From positions 1 through 58,047 of the IMG/VR virus record IMGVR_UViG_3300036831_000092: DNA of 58,047 nucleotides. One strand, given 5' to 3'. Below, piece after piece: positions 10,255-20,110 of this stretch (position 1 is the stretch's first letter; the number at the start of each line of letters is the position of its first letter). The translations under genes were made by a program, and so were the position numbers. Under the pieces are notes generated by a model, which saw only the letters and a list, made by a program, of their open reading frames with translations, did no database searches and was not told where the DNA came from. The stretch is from a virus. Its lineage: Duplodnaviria > Caudoviricetes.

Positions 10255-10724
10255 CAGGCCGCGAGTCCCAGGTCTTTTGCGTAAGATGTCAACTCCGCGA
10301 CGAGTACATCACCGGCCACCCTCTGCGTCAGATCGTCGTAGATGATTCGTTGCGGCAGATTCCTTGACTCAACTCCCGTTTGGTGCGCGAGTGCATAAGG
10401 AAGCGTCGAACCCATCTCAAGAGATTCCGCGGACGGCTCCCAGATTGAGCCGTCCGCCCCCTCCTTAGTTAAGGACTCTTCCATCGCGCCGCTCGCGTGT
10501 AGAATCTTTGCGCCCGGATATTGCTTCGACTTGCGCGCCGCGTAACGCTCACTCAAGTCCGCCCAGCCCGGCCCCCCGGAGGAAAACTTTTCTGCCGTCA
10601 CCCGGCGAACCGCCTCTCCGACACCGGGCCACGCCGGGCGCAAGTCTGAGAGTCGCGCCAGCAGCGAGTCGAACGCCACGATCAAGGTCTCAAGTCCTTC
10701 GACTTCTATCCTTACTACGTCCAT
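10254..10724 (-). CDS. Virion morphogenesis protein (Mu gpG/P2 gpS-like)
   Basis: 'W..LS..Y', 'ILHASGAM..S', 'YALAHQTG', 'LPQR' motifs. Confidence 0.8.
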   Translation of the reverse strand: MDVVRIEVEGLETLIVAFDSLLARLSDLRPAWPGVGEAVRRVTAEKFSSGGPGWADLSERYAARKSKQYPGAKILHASGAMEESLTKEGADGSIWEPSAESLEMGSTLPYALAHQTGVESRNLPQRIIYDDLTQRVAGDVLVAELTSYAKDLGLAA

Positions 10725-11101
10725 GTTTCGTTCGTCGCGTAGCCCCGAAGCTTCCAAACTAAGGGAGCTTTTATTGGCCGCTTCGTCTGGTCTGGCTCAA
10801 GTTTGTAAACCGTGCCGCCCAAAGAGAAGTGCGTCACCTCTCCTGAAGCCGGGTCGAGCAAAGCAGAAAGCGAGTTGTCAACATCTGCGATTTCAAGTGC
10901 GATAGTATCGGCCCCGTCCTGTCCTGTTGCCGTGTCCGCACCCCAACCCGTCGGCGTCGCCTTCACTTCAAACTGAGGCACGGCATCGCGCCCCAGGAAC
11001 TTCAAGAGCAGGAGGTTCCCGGCAGGCCCGAACACCCCTCTGACTTCATTCATCATGAGCGCGTGAGCTTGCGTTATCTCTTGTGCGACTGAATAGCTCA
11101 C
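10715..11101 (-). CDS. Head-tail connector/closure protein
   Basis: Position and size. Confidence 0.5.
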   Translation of the reverse strand: MSYSVAQEITQAHALMMNEVRGVFGPAGNLLLLKFLGRDAVPQFEVKATPTGWGADTATGQDGADTIALEIADVDNSLSALLDPASGEVTHFSLGGTVYKLEPDQTKRPIKAPLVWKLRGYATNETWT

Positions 11102-11415
11102 AACCCGGCCCTCGCCAGACCGAAAAACCCCGGTACGTCCGCCGAGTCTTTCAGTCCGAGAAGCGCCCGTGCCCTGCGGCGTAGTTCCCCCCGGTTGCGG
11201 TCGTAGTCAATGTCAACGCCCTGCGCTCCCGCCAGTCGGACGTGCCTGTCTTTGAGCGAGTTGTAAGAGTCAGCCACGTCCATTAGCTCGGCCTCGACTG
11301 CCGCAATAGCCGCCGAATCTAAAGAACCTTCTGCCATGGTGACGGCTTCGGCTACTCCGGTGTAAGCAGTCGCGAGCAGTTCGGCAAGCAGGGCGATTTG
11401 GGACGGGGCGAGCAT
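11098..11415 (-). CDS. Head-tail adaptor
   Basis: Helical 105 aa protein downstream of MCP. Confidence 0.5.
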   Translation of the reverse strand: MLAPSQIALLAELLATAYTGVAEAVTMAEGSLDSAAIAAVEAELMDVADSYNSLKDRHVRLAGAQGVDIDYDRNRGELRRRARALLGLKDSADVPGFFGLARAGL

Positions 11416-11769
11416 TTACTTACCCTTCGTCGGCAGCACTGCCCCGCAGGATGGGCAGCGCCCCTCTTTGAGTGCGGCGTCGGCTTTCTTCTGCTGCTCG
11501 CGGTCGTAGGCGTCCCTTTCGGATTTGTCCACTTCGGCCAGCCTGCCATCGCGAATCGCCGCTGTGACTTCGGGCGTCAGTGCTACCTCGACGGGGGCGG
11601 GGCCGGCGACGTGTGCCTGCCCGCCCGGATGGTCGGGGTGCGCCTCGAAAAGCGCGGTCTTGTTCCCGCCGTCGGGCGACGTTTTGAGCGTGGACTTGAC
11701 GAAAACAGTCCTGGGCTTTTCCCCTTCGGTCTTCGTCTGTGGCGTCTCGGTGATCTTCTCGTCTCCCAT
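11416..11769 (-). CDS. Head-region hypothetical protein with C-terminal CxxC
   Basis: AAAGGA RBS; directly after MCP. Confidence 0.6.
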   Translation of the reverse strand: MGDEKITETPQTKTEGEKPRTVFVKSTLKTSPDGGNKTALFEAHPDHPGGQAHVAGPAPVEVALTPEVTAAIRDGRLAEVDKSERDAYDREQQKKADAALKEGRCPSCGAVLPTKGK

Positions 11770-11830
11770 GAATATCCTTTCCTTTAATCTGTTCCCGACC
11801 CTTCGGACGGTTTGCCCGCCTTATCTAAGC

Positions 11831-13054
11831 TCACGCATTAACATTGAGGATTTTCACCGCCGCCGGGTCGAGGATGTCGTAAGCCTCGGTTTCGGTCATG
11901 ATGAAGTATTCGACCTGGCGCGCGGCCCACTTCTCTACCTCCTGAATGCTCGCGCCGATCTCGTAAACCCGCTCGACGGCGAACCGCTTGTCGAGGGCGA
12001 CGATTTCAAGAGCGGGCGCATCCGCCGTCCACCCAACGGCCACGTTGTCAGCGAGTCCGGGGTTGATGGCGCGGAAGCCGCCGTAACCGCCCATCGCCGA
12101 GATGAAGAAGAGCGGGACGTTGGCTGAACCGGTGTTCAGGAGTTGCATCGAGAGGACGACGCCGGTTTGCGCGAGCGCCGTCGTCATCATGTACGGGTTG
12201 GCGAAGAGCATCTTGAAGGCGAGCCAGCCTTTGAGGGTGAGCGTCCCAGCGGTGGCCGCCGGGTCGAGCGCGGTCAGGTTATAGACCGTGCCCGCGGTGT
12301 TGGCATTCCCGTCGCCGGAGACGAGGATAGAGACGATTGTGGAAACCTTGTCGGCCTCCGCCTGAACTGCCATGCGCTGAATCTGGAAGGCTACGAGGTC
12401 AATCGGCATCTGCCTCAAGACCTCGTAAGAGGTTTCTAGTTTCCGCCCGTACTTGTGAAGCTGAATCATGTGATTCCCGCCCACGAGTTTCGCGGTCGGA
12501 ATCTCCCCGGCCTCGGCGACACGCTTCATGCGCTGGTTTTCGGCGTCGTTCGTCAGGTAGAACGCCTGATAGACGCGCTGTGAAATCCCGGTGTTGAAGG
12601 CGATCAACTCGGAGAGAGGGATGGCCGGGGCGATCTGCTGGAAGCGGGGCTGCGAGGCGTAGGCGTAGGGGTTGTACGCTGTTCCGGGCGGTTGATCCTG
12701 ACTCGTATAGACGGCGCGGGTGTTGTAGGACTTACCCGTCACCGCCGAGCGCCAGAACCGCGCGATGAGTTCGGGAATGAGGGCGCGCGCGTGCTCGTCA
12801 TCCTCCATCTTCTTCAGCGGGTCGGCCTGCACACCGGCCTCTTCGATTGACTTGACGCGGATTCCGCCTGCCCGTAGAAGGCGACCGAAAGCGTCGAGCT
12901 TGGTGTCGGGGTGGTCGGACGATGGGTCGAGGTCTTCGAGGTAGAGCGACGGATTTTTTCCGGCGGCCAGCGCGTCGCGGTAAAAGTTATTCGTGACGGC
13001 CCGCAGAAGTTCGCCGGGCCTGCTCTCCGGCGTGCTGGTGGCGAGTTGGGTCAT
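11831..13054 (-). CDS. Major capsid protein (HK97 fold)
   Basis: 'VAEAGEIP', 'KYGRKLETSYE' motifs; AAGGAG RBS before ATG 13054. Confidence 0.88.
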   Translation of the reverse strand: MTQLATSTPESRPGELLRAVTNNFYRDALAAGKNPSLYLEDLDPSSDHPDTKLDAFGRLLRAGGIRVKSIEEAGVQADPLKKMEDDEHARALIPELIARFWRSAVTGKSYNTRAVYTSQDQPPGTAYNPYAYASQPRFQQIAPAIPLSELIAFNTGISQRVYQAFYLTNDAENQRMKRVAEAGEIPTAKLVGGNHMIQLHKYGRKLETSYEVLRQMPIDLVAFQIQRMAVQAEADKVSTIVSILVSGDGNANTAGTVYNLTALDPAATAGTLTLKGWLAFKMLFANPYMMTTALAQTGVVLSMQLLNTGSANVPLFFISAMGGYGGFRAINPGLADNVAVGWTADAPALEIVALDKRFAVERVYEIGASIQEVEKWAARQVEYFIMTETEAYDILDPAAVKILNVNA

Positions 13055-13073
13055 TTTCTTTCGGTCTCCTTCT

Positions 13074-13502
13074 TTAGAGGTCAACCACGACGTTCGTCGT
13101 GTCGCTCACGTCAACGATGCGGCCCCGGCACTTGATGAGTTCCGCGGCAGTGCCTGCCGCGGCAGAGCGGATGTAGCCGCGCGCCGAAGATGCGCCCAGC
13201 GCCCCGACGATCTTCGTGCCGCGAGTGAGCGTGGCCGACGCGCCGCCCGGTAGTTTCACGTAGCCCTCGACCTGGACTGACGCCTTGTTGTCGGACTCGA
13301 CGAGCAGAAGCTTGCCCTCCACGGCGTCGCTGTCCGCGGTCAGGGCCACCGTCCCGTCGCCGGAGAGCGTGACGGCGAGGCCGACCTGTGCAGAGCCTCC
13401 GGCCTTCGTGATGTCGTAAGTGATCGTTGAATTGTCGATGAGGTATGTGGCGACTTCCTCGCCGATGCCCTCGAATGCGACCGCGTTCCTGGGGTCTGCC
13501 AT
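13074..13502 (-). CDS. Capsid decoration/cement protein
   Basis: G/A/T-rich protein between scaffold and MCP. Confidence 0.7.
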   Translation of the reverse strand: MADPRNAVAFEGIGEEVATYLIDNSTITYDITKAGGSAQVGLAVTLSGDGTVALTADSDAVEGKLLLVESDNKASVQVEGYVKLPGGASATLTRGTKIVGALGASSARGYIRSAAAGTAAELIKCRGRIVDVSDTTNVVVDL

Positions 13503-13514
13503 CTTTTATCTCCT

Positions 13515-14738
13515 TTAGGCGGCGAACGCCGCGTCGGGCGTGCCCGTGGTCTTCCTGGCCTCGGCGACCTGTTCCTCGCCGTCCTCCGTCTGTCGCCCAC
13601 CCGGAAACTTCTCCTTCGCGATGCGCGACCAGTCGCCTTTCATCGTGCGGATCGTGTCGAGCGGGAGACCCTGAAGGGTGCGCTCGTATTCCTCCGTCTT
13701 GAAATCCGCGCCGTTGGCCCTCACGCCCTCAGCGATGGCCTCCGTGATGAGTGATTTACGGTAAGCCCTGCCGTCTGCGGCCTGCTCCGCAAGTGCACGC
13801 AGGTTGGCGCTGATGTCGCCTTCCGCAAACCCGGCCTCCGTGAGAAGCGAGCGCACCTGCGCGGCGTCAACTTCCGGTTGCATTGCCGCCTGAGTCGCGC
13901 GCTCGGCGTTGGGCTTATTTTGGTCTTCTGCTGCTGTGCTCATGTTTTCCTTCTCCGAATGGCCGGGCACACTCACGCGCTTCTCCGGCAGGTGAATCCT
14001 CAAGTGGCGCTCAAGGAATAATCTCGTCTTTGGCTCAAGGCTTCCGTCTTTCGCCTGCCTCGTTGCCTTCGCGATCATCGCGCCCGGCGTCGAGCCTTTA
14101 TAGACGCCACTAGCCTCCGCCAAATGCGCGTCCTCAACGTCAGCCGTACACATCTGCTCGCGGGTTTCGCCGTCGGCCTGAACCTTAGAGTTCATGCCCG
14201 GATAATGGCTGCACTCCTCCCACTCCCAAATGTCGTTTCCGCAGATAGAGCAAATCCACTCGCCGCCGTAGAAGCCGACGCTCACATCCGAGAGGACGCC
14301 GGAATCAATCGCGCGGATTATCTGGTCACTCTGAATTGTGCCGAGCTGAAGGCCGGTCACGACGTAGAAGTCCGCCAGCACACGCGCTACGCCATCGCCC
14401 TGCCCGCCGACGAATCGGCCCGACATCGAGCGCCCAACGATCTCCGCGCAATCGTGGGAGTAGAGGAATGAAACCCCGCCTTCCGCTTCCTGCGCATAGT
14501 TCTTAAGTGTTGACTGCGCCATGCGCGTGTAGTGGGAGTCGAGTCGGTTGTTGGAAATCTCCGCGGTGAAGAAGAACGGCTCATACTTCTGAAGCCCGGC
14601 CTCGTCGAAGGCGCGTCGCTCGACGGCGAGGGCGCGCAGTTCTTCGCGGGAGCGCACAAGGCCGCGCAAGTCGTCAGGGATGGTCGCCCCGATGATTGCC
14701 AGTGGGTATTGGAAGACTCGCTCTTGCGTATCGCCCAT
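13515..14738 (-). CDS. Prohead protease/scaffold fusion
   Basis: 'LYSH', 'DVSVGF', CSICG..C.H.PG motifs; helical acidic C-terminus. Confidence 0.8.
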   Translation of the reverse strand: MGDTQERVFQYPLAIIGATIPDDLRGLVRSREELRALAVERRAFDEAGLQKYEPFFFTAEISNNRLDSHYTRMAQSTLKNYAQEAEGGVSFLYSHDCAEIVGRSMSGRFVGGQGDGVARVLADFYVVTGLQLGTIQSDQIIRAIDSGVLSDVSVGFYGGEWICSICGNDIWEWEECSHYPGMNSKVQADGETREQMCTADVEDAHLAEASGVYKGSTPGAMIAKATRQAKDGSLEPKTRLFLERHLRIHLPEKRVSVPGHSEKENMSTAAEDQNKPNAERATQAAMQPEVDAAQVRSLLTEAGFAEGDISANLRALAEQAADGRAYRKSLITEAIAEGVRANGADFKTEEYERTLQGLPLDTIRTMKGDWSRIAKEKFPGGRQTEDGEEQVAEARKTTGTPDAAFAA

Positions 14739-14740
14739 GA

Positions 14741-15226
14741 TTATCCGAGTGTGACGTTGCGGAGATTCCTGACGTACCAGACGCCGTTGTAAGCCTCAAC
14801 CTCGAAGCCGTCGCCGCGCGCTCCACCGAAAGTTCCCACGTCCGAAGCCGCGCCCCCGGCGTTGAAGCCCGACCCGGCAGCGTTTGAGACTGTGTGTGCG
14901 AAGGCCGTAGCCGAGACGATGAAGAGGCGGCAACCGTCATCCGTCCCGGCTGTCGGGTCTGCGAGCGTGAGTGCGGCGGCGCTCCCCTTCGTGATGACCA
15001 CCGTGCCGGTCTTGGCGGCAATCGCGCCGTCCGCGGAGGCGAGAGTCTGTTTGTGGCCGATGCCTATACCGCGAATCTCTTTGTTGGCGTCGAGGACGGC
15101 TGCGCTTGAAGACTTGGCGGTTCCCGGCACTACGCCGTCAAGGACGCCGATCTCCGTGCCGGAGATTTCCTTGCCGCCCATCTCAAGGTTTGCTGCGCCG
15201 ATGTTATCTAAATCAGTCTCGCCCAT
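14741..15226 (-). CDS. Head fibre/structural protein
   Basis: G/A/T-rich; 'EIGVLDGVVPGT..S.A.VLDANK' virion-type segment. Confidence 0.6.
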   Translation of the reverse strand: MGETDLDNIGAANLEMGGKEISGTEIGVLDGVVPGTAKSSSAAVLDANKEIRGIGIGHKQTLASADGAIAAKTGTVVITKGSAAALTLADPTAGTDDGCRLFIVSATAFAHTVSNAAGSGFNAGGAASDVGTFGGARGDGFEVEAYNGVWYVRNLRNVTLG

Positions 15227-15237
15227 CTCGCTTGTCC

Positions 15238-15459
15238 TTACTCGCCTGCGCGGGTGGCTTTGGTCGTGCCGCTGAAGAATGCCTTGGCCTCGTCAGAGGC
15301 GGGGATAGAGTTGAACTCGTCTTCGGTCATCCAAGCGTCTTCTATCCGCTTAACGCCGGGAAGAATGATGAGCTTCGACCTATCCGTTATGCGCGTGTAG
15401 AAAGTTTGGCCTGACTCGGTGGTGACTTTTGAGACTTCGATTCTCTCTTACTCCGACAT
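15238..15459 (-). pseudogene. 73-codon gene with TAA at codon 4
   Basis: GAGG-N7-ATG TCG GAG TAA, then open frame to TAA 15238. Confidence 0.55.
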
Positions 15460-15475
15460 CTATAAACCTCATCGC

Positions 15476-15528
15476 AAAAAGGAAAAGCCCCGCACGGGAA
15501 TCTCTTTTTCAAGAGTCCGTGCGGGGCT
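15476..15528 (-). terminator. Intrinsic terminator upstream of head genes
   Basis: GCCCCGCACGG..CCGTGCGGGGC stem followed by TTTTCCTTTTT. Confidence 0.75.
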
Positions 15529-15740
15529 GCATCAGTGCCTCGCGGGTTGTACGGCCTATGGCCGCAACTGCCTAACTGTCAAGCCATGTTATCGGAGAGG
15601 AAGTAGCGTTTCCTCAGAACTCGCCCGTCGCCGGACGTTGCGGGTACGCTCTCGCGTCTGCCCTGCTGCCCCTCTCCAATTATCAATGGACAGCATCTTA
15701 ACACACAAAGTTCTTTTCCGCGCAATGAAATTTACAAAAT

Positions 15741-15986
15741 TTATTCGGGCGGTTGAAGTGGCCCGAAATATCGTCCAATCCTAGTCACGGCCCAATACTG
15801 CTCGCCCTGTTCGTCAACGTCATAGCACCTTAATTGCCATTGGTTGTCTTCGTCGGGATTCTGCTCAAACCAGCACTTAATAAGCGTTGTAGTTCCCAAC
15901 TCGCCCCAGCGCCGATACCAATAATAACCGGCCACGGTGGGCAGTTCGGCTGACCATGCGCGTTGATGTCTAACGGAGGCCAACAT
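15741..15986 (-). CDS. Hypothetical phage protein (P..GYYWYR motif)
   Basis: ORF track; motif also in 37482-37760. Confidence 0.55.
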   Translation of the reverse strand: MLASVRHQRAWSAELPTVAGYYWYRRWGELGTTTLIKCWFEQNPDEDNQWQLRCYDVDEQGEQYWAVTRIGRYFGPLQPPE

Positions 15987-15989
15987 AAA

Positions 15990-16259
15990 TCACACGTTCG
16001 GCTTTAAGGGGCTTGTGTAGTGGTTAGCGTATTGAGTCTCGCCAGACGGGCGCGTGCCTTTTATTAATGGTTGAGTGGCGGGACAAATAGAAACTTCCGT
16101 GATGTGGAACTTTCCTTCTGTATCCCATACACCGCCGAACTCAAAGGACACTAGCCCTCGCTCAAGTAGGTAGTTTAACTCGGCGGATTCATCCGTCAGT
16201 TTCAACACGCCGAGCGGATTCATGTAGTCGTGATTTAAAACAATTGGAATATCGCTCAC
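15990..16259 (-). CDS. Hypothetical protein
   Basis: GGAG RBS, ORF track. Confidence 0.5.
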   Translation of the reverse strand: MSDIPIVLNHDYMNPLGVLKLTDESAELNYLLERGLVSFEFGGVWDTEGKFHITEVSICPATQPLIKGTRPSGETQYANHYTSPLKPNV

Positions 16260-16594
16260 GATTGCTCCAACTTTATTCTGCTCACAACCTCAACCGGCTT
16301 GATTTAAGGCTTCTCTTGAGAAAATCGTGTGGTCTAGCCGCCGCTCACCCGCCTTCGCAAATAACGCCCTCCCTTTGGGCAACTGCTCGCTCATAGCCTG
16401 TCCCTCTTCTCCCTGCTCGGGTTGAGTGCCTTAAAGATGGCAGCCAATTCAAGGGTCGCGTTGAACGGCGAGCCTTTCCGTGAAGTAACACGGAGATTGC
16501 CCGGCTCGCTTAAGTCAACGCTTATTTCGCTGACAATATGGGCTTCAGCCGAAGAGTCTTTATCCATGCCGTCTATTATACCAGTTCCTGAAAT

Positions 16595-16762
16595 TTAAAA
16601 AACTATTTCCGTGCGTCTCTCCGGCTCCGGCGCAGTAGGCGGTCGCCACGTCACATTAAGCCCGCAGCGCGGACACTTCAGCTTGGCGAAGAGGAGCGAA
16701 TCCCTGCGCCCAAGTTCCGCGCCGCAGCGTCGGCAGTAAATCTTGTCGTCCGCTTTGCTCAC
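16595..16762 (-). CDS. Mu Com-like zinc-finger protein (55 aa)
   Basis: Read manually: YCRRCGAELG..LKCPRCGLN. Confidence 0.55.
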   Translation of the reverse strand: MSKADDKIYCRRCGAELGRRDSLLFAKLKCPRCGLNVTWRPPTAPEPERRTEIVF

Positions 16763-17082
16763 AGGGGTCTCTTAATTCGCTTATCGTCTTTTGAATCCTT
16801 GCGGCGCGCGTCCAGCTTCTTCTCACAGACCGGGCACACGTTTTTCTTTAAATCAATCTCGTCAAGCTTGTAACCACAGCGGGCACATTTCTTCATAATT
16901 CCTCCGACAGTTCCGCCAATTTGTTCAAGACCTTCCTCACCTGACACGGCTTGCAGAGCGAGTCGTCTACCTCGGTCTTCACCAACTCCAACCGCGGGTC
17001 GCACTCGCACGGCTCGCCCGCCGCGTCAAGTACTGCCATGTAGTTTTCCCGCGATGGCTGACATTCAAGCGGTATGGTCATT

Positions 17083-18678
17083 TCAGACATTGGCGACTGA
17101 CTCACTTTCTTCGCGGATACGTTTCCACTCCCCGAACGGGACGGCGAAGATGGTCTTTCCGTTCTCCACAAACGCGGTCTCGCGTCTGTACTGGCCCCAC
17201 TCCGCGGCAACGCGAAACGCCCTCTCGCTGCCGGGGTCTGCCTTGATCCCCATTAACCCCGCGCCGCCCGAAATCGGCATCAAGTTGGATATAGGGTCTG
17301 CGACAGCGTTGTGACCGACGACCGCATTCGCAGCGTCGTCGTTCGTCTGCCAGCCTTCATCTCGCTTACGCGCCTCGTTTGCGATCAAGAGAGTCTGAGT
17401 CTGCGCGTCGCGCAGGAGTTCCGCCGCGCGAAGTTCAGCGAACCTAAACTCCACCTTCGCCGCTATCCCCTGCACCTGAAGCGCAATCGTCAGCAGGTTT
17501 TCCAGCAACGTTTCGCACTGATGCTGAAGCGCCTTTATACCAGCGGCGTGAATCTCCCACTGACGATTCGCGTTTGCTTCCGAAACGCCGTCAGTCGTCG
17601 CCATCAGAAGAGGCATGGTCTTCAAAGCTCTAGTGGACATCCGCTCAAGAGCTTTGATAAGGCCGTCAACGACGCCCAGGCCCGAAGCGTTCATTGTTCC
17701 CACGGGCTGTTTCGAGACCTCCACCGCATCGGGGTGAACGAATGCGTCATCCGGCTTTAACTGCCCGTACATCCGTCCGATGTCGTTAAAGGCGCTCTCA
17801 AGCCACGCTTTTCGGGACGCCGGGTCAGTGGCGTCCGCATCCGGCATCATCTTTACCAGCTCCTCAAACTTCACCGTAATGTCAGGCCGGGGCCAGCCCT
17901 GCTGCTGAACCACACGCTTGATGTCGTAGAGCATCGCCAGAAGAAAGAGCGTTGTAAACAGCGCAGGACTGGCGAGCGCACGCCCGTAAGGTTTGCCAGG
18001 CAAAGGCTGGAAAGGGATGTAAGCGACCGTCGGGCGGTCGAGAGGAACCAGCTCGCCCAACTGCTGCTGGCACAGCCGCCACACGACGCCGCGGGCCGCA
18101 TCCTCAGCACGGAGAAACTTCAGGTGGGCGGGATTGGGAGTTGCTATCTCAAGCGGGAGCCTGCCGTCTTCGCTCAAGACGAGTTCGGCGAAAAATCCAG
18201 TACTCAGGAATGGCTGAATGAAAAGAGAATTTATTACCACGTCCGTAGGAAGGGCGTTCGGCGGCGCGTAAGGGCCATGCAGGGACGAGAGAAAGCCGTC
18301 GAGCGCTTCCTGCGCGGCCTTGTCCTGCTTACCAGTACCCGGCTTTAAGGCTTTCGCAGTCCACCCTGGATTACACATCAAAAGATGGTCGTGGAGTGCA
18401 CGTGAGACTTCGGGACTCAAGTCGGCGAGTAAGGAGAGTAATTTTGCAGGAGGGAATCTGCGGAGCGTCTGCGCGTCGAACTCCACGCCCCGAATGGACT
18501 CGTCCGGGCTGAAGGCGAAGAGGTTGCCGAAGACGATCTGATTCGGATCGTCCATTGTAACGCGCCCGCCCGCAATTGCACGGCCTACGCCGACACCCGA
18601 TGCGACCGGCGCAGTCTGGGCACGTCTTTCTTCGGACTGCCAAAAGGAGCGCCAGATTTTCAGCGGATTGATTTCCAT
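17083..18678 (-). CDS. Portal protein
   Basis: 531 aa right after TerL; 'PYGRAL', 'VEFRFAE'. Confidence 0.8.
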   Translation of the reverse strand: MEINPLKIWRSFWQSEERRAQTAPVASGVGVGRAIAGGRVTMDDPNQIVFGNLFAFSPDESIRGVEFDAQTLRRFPPAKLLSLLADLSPEVSRALHDHLLMCNPGWTAKALKPGTGKQDKAAQEALDGFLSSLHGPYAPPNALPTDVVINSLFIQPFLSTGFFAELVLSEDGRLPLEIATPNPAHLKFLRAEDAARGVVWRLCQQQLGELVPLDRPTVAYIPFQPLPGKPYGRALASPALFTTLFLLAMLYDIKRVVQQQGWPRPDITVKFEELVKMMPDADATDPASRKAWLESAFNDIGRMYGQLKPDDAFVHPDAVEVSKQPVGTMNASGLGVVDGLIKALERMSTRALKTMPLLMATTDGVSEANANRQWEIHAAGIKALQHQCETLLENLLTIALQVQGIAAKVEFRFAELRAAELLRDAQTQTLLIANEARKRDEGWQTNDDAANAVVGHNAVADPISNLMPISGGAGLMGIKADPGSERAFRVAAEWGQYRRETAFVENGKTIFAVPFGEWKRIREESESVANV

Positions 18679-18679
18679 T

Positions 18680-20110
18680 TTATTCCATCTGCGTTTTGAC
18701 TGCCGAGAGCATGAGGCCGACGCCAGCTAAAGCGTTGCTCTTACCCGCCATCACGCCATATCTGAAATCATCGTATGCGTCATCTCCACCCTGCCCGTCC
18801 TCATCAACGTCAACCTTCAGCACGTCCTCCGGCCTGTGCGGGTCGTGCTGAAGCATGGGCAGGCACTCTATCAGCCGCGAGCACCTGTCAGAGATTTCGA
18901 CGCGCGGCTCGATGCCGTTATCCACATCGCCCAGGAGCATCAGAACTTCTGCTGCCCCGTTGACTCTATCCATGTTCGCGGGGGTAAGAATTATCCCCTG
19001 CTCTTTGTATTGATCCGCAATCGTCTTCCCCTTCTCGTCACCTTTATGGGCGAACACATCCACACCAGCGACGAACTCCCTAAGACGCGAAATGTTGACG
19101 CCGTGGCGCGTGAGCATCGCCTTTATTCCTTCGGCGTTCTGTGGAACTAGCTTCTTCGCCGCGTGGTACTCGTCAACAACTCTCTTTTTGCCGTCGAACT
19201 CGGTATACAGGTGGCAGCTCGTCGGGTGCGTGAAGCCGTAATCTAGGGAGGCCCACACGGGCCAGTGTGCGGGTATGTCGTCCAATTCCTTGTGGGCACG
19301 GACGTGTGCTTCGTGCCGCCACGTCGAGAAGAACTGTCCCGCCGCGATGTCCCAATCGCCGTCCCGCCATGCTGCCCGCTGCCAGCCCTTCAGGTTGTTA
19401 AGTGTCTGCTCGTACTCGTCATTGATGAAACGATTGTCCTGATAGTTGGCAAAGATGAACTTAGTGGCCGTCTCCGTCTCTTCCCGGTAAGGCTTAATGA
19501 ACTTCGTCTTCAGGTAGGCGTGTGCCACCCCTCCGGGATTGAACGTGTAATAGACGCGGGGGCGGAAGCCTTTAGACGAGCGGTTGCGCGTGCAGATGAG
19601 GTCAATCTTTTTCTCCGACAACTGCTCCGCCTGCTCTATCAGAATGATGTCGTATTCGAGTGAGAGATAGTTATCAATATCTTTCTCGTATTGGTAAGAG
19701 CCGACGATGATTCTTGATTCGTTCGGGTAATGAAGGACGTTATTTTTGAAATCATGGTTGACATGACGGAGCACGTTCCGACGCAAGTCTTCAAGGGATT
19801 CTTTCGCGTACTTGCCGACCTTTCGCAGGAAAAGAACTTTTAAATCTGGAAATCTCTGGCAGTCGTCAATTCCGATCTGGCCGAACGCGCAATGAGTCTT
19901 TCCACCAGCCAACGCCCCGCCGTAGCCGATATGCGTAGCCTCTCCCGGCTCGTCCGCACGGCGGCAGGCAGCGTGGAAAAGCATCTGCTTCGGCTGCGGC
20001 ACGTAGCCCGCCCGAAGGAATCTCTCAAGCGAGTCCTTCGGCACGCCCGCCGAGCGCGCGGTCTCGGCCATCCTCGTGACGGCCTCAGTCTGTCTCGCTG
20101 GCTGCGCCAT
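18680..20110 (-). CDS. terL: Terminase large subunit
   Basis: PQPKQ, GYGGALAGGKT Walker A, TFNPGG, LDYGF, DDAYDDFRY nuclease motifs. Confidence 0.95.
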   Translation of the reverse strand: MAQPARQTEAVTRMAETARSAGVPKDSLERFLRAGYVPQPKQMLFHAACRRADEPGEATHIGYGGALAGGKTHCAFGQIGIDDCQRFPDLKVLFLRKVGKYAKESLEDLRRNVLRHVNHDFKNNVLHYPNESRIIVGSYQYEKDIDNYLSLEYDIILIEQAEQLSEKKIDLICTRNRSSKGFRPRVYYTFNPGGVAHAYLKTKFIKPYREETETATKFIFANYQDNRFINDEYEQTLNNLKGWQRAAWRDGDWDIAAGQFFSTWRHEAHVRAHKELDDIPAHWPVWASLDYGFTHPTSCHLYTEFDGKKRVVDEYHAAKKLVPQNAEGIKAMLTRHGVNISRLREFVAGVDVFAHKGDEKGKTIADQYKEQGIILTPANMDRVNGAAEVLMLLGDVDNGIEPRVEISDRCSRLIECLPMLQHDPHRPEDVLKVDVDEDGQGGDDAYDDFRYGVMAGKSNALAGVGLMLSAVKTQME

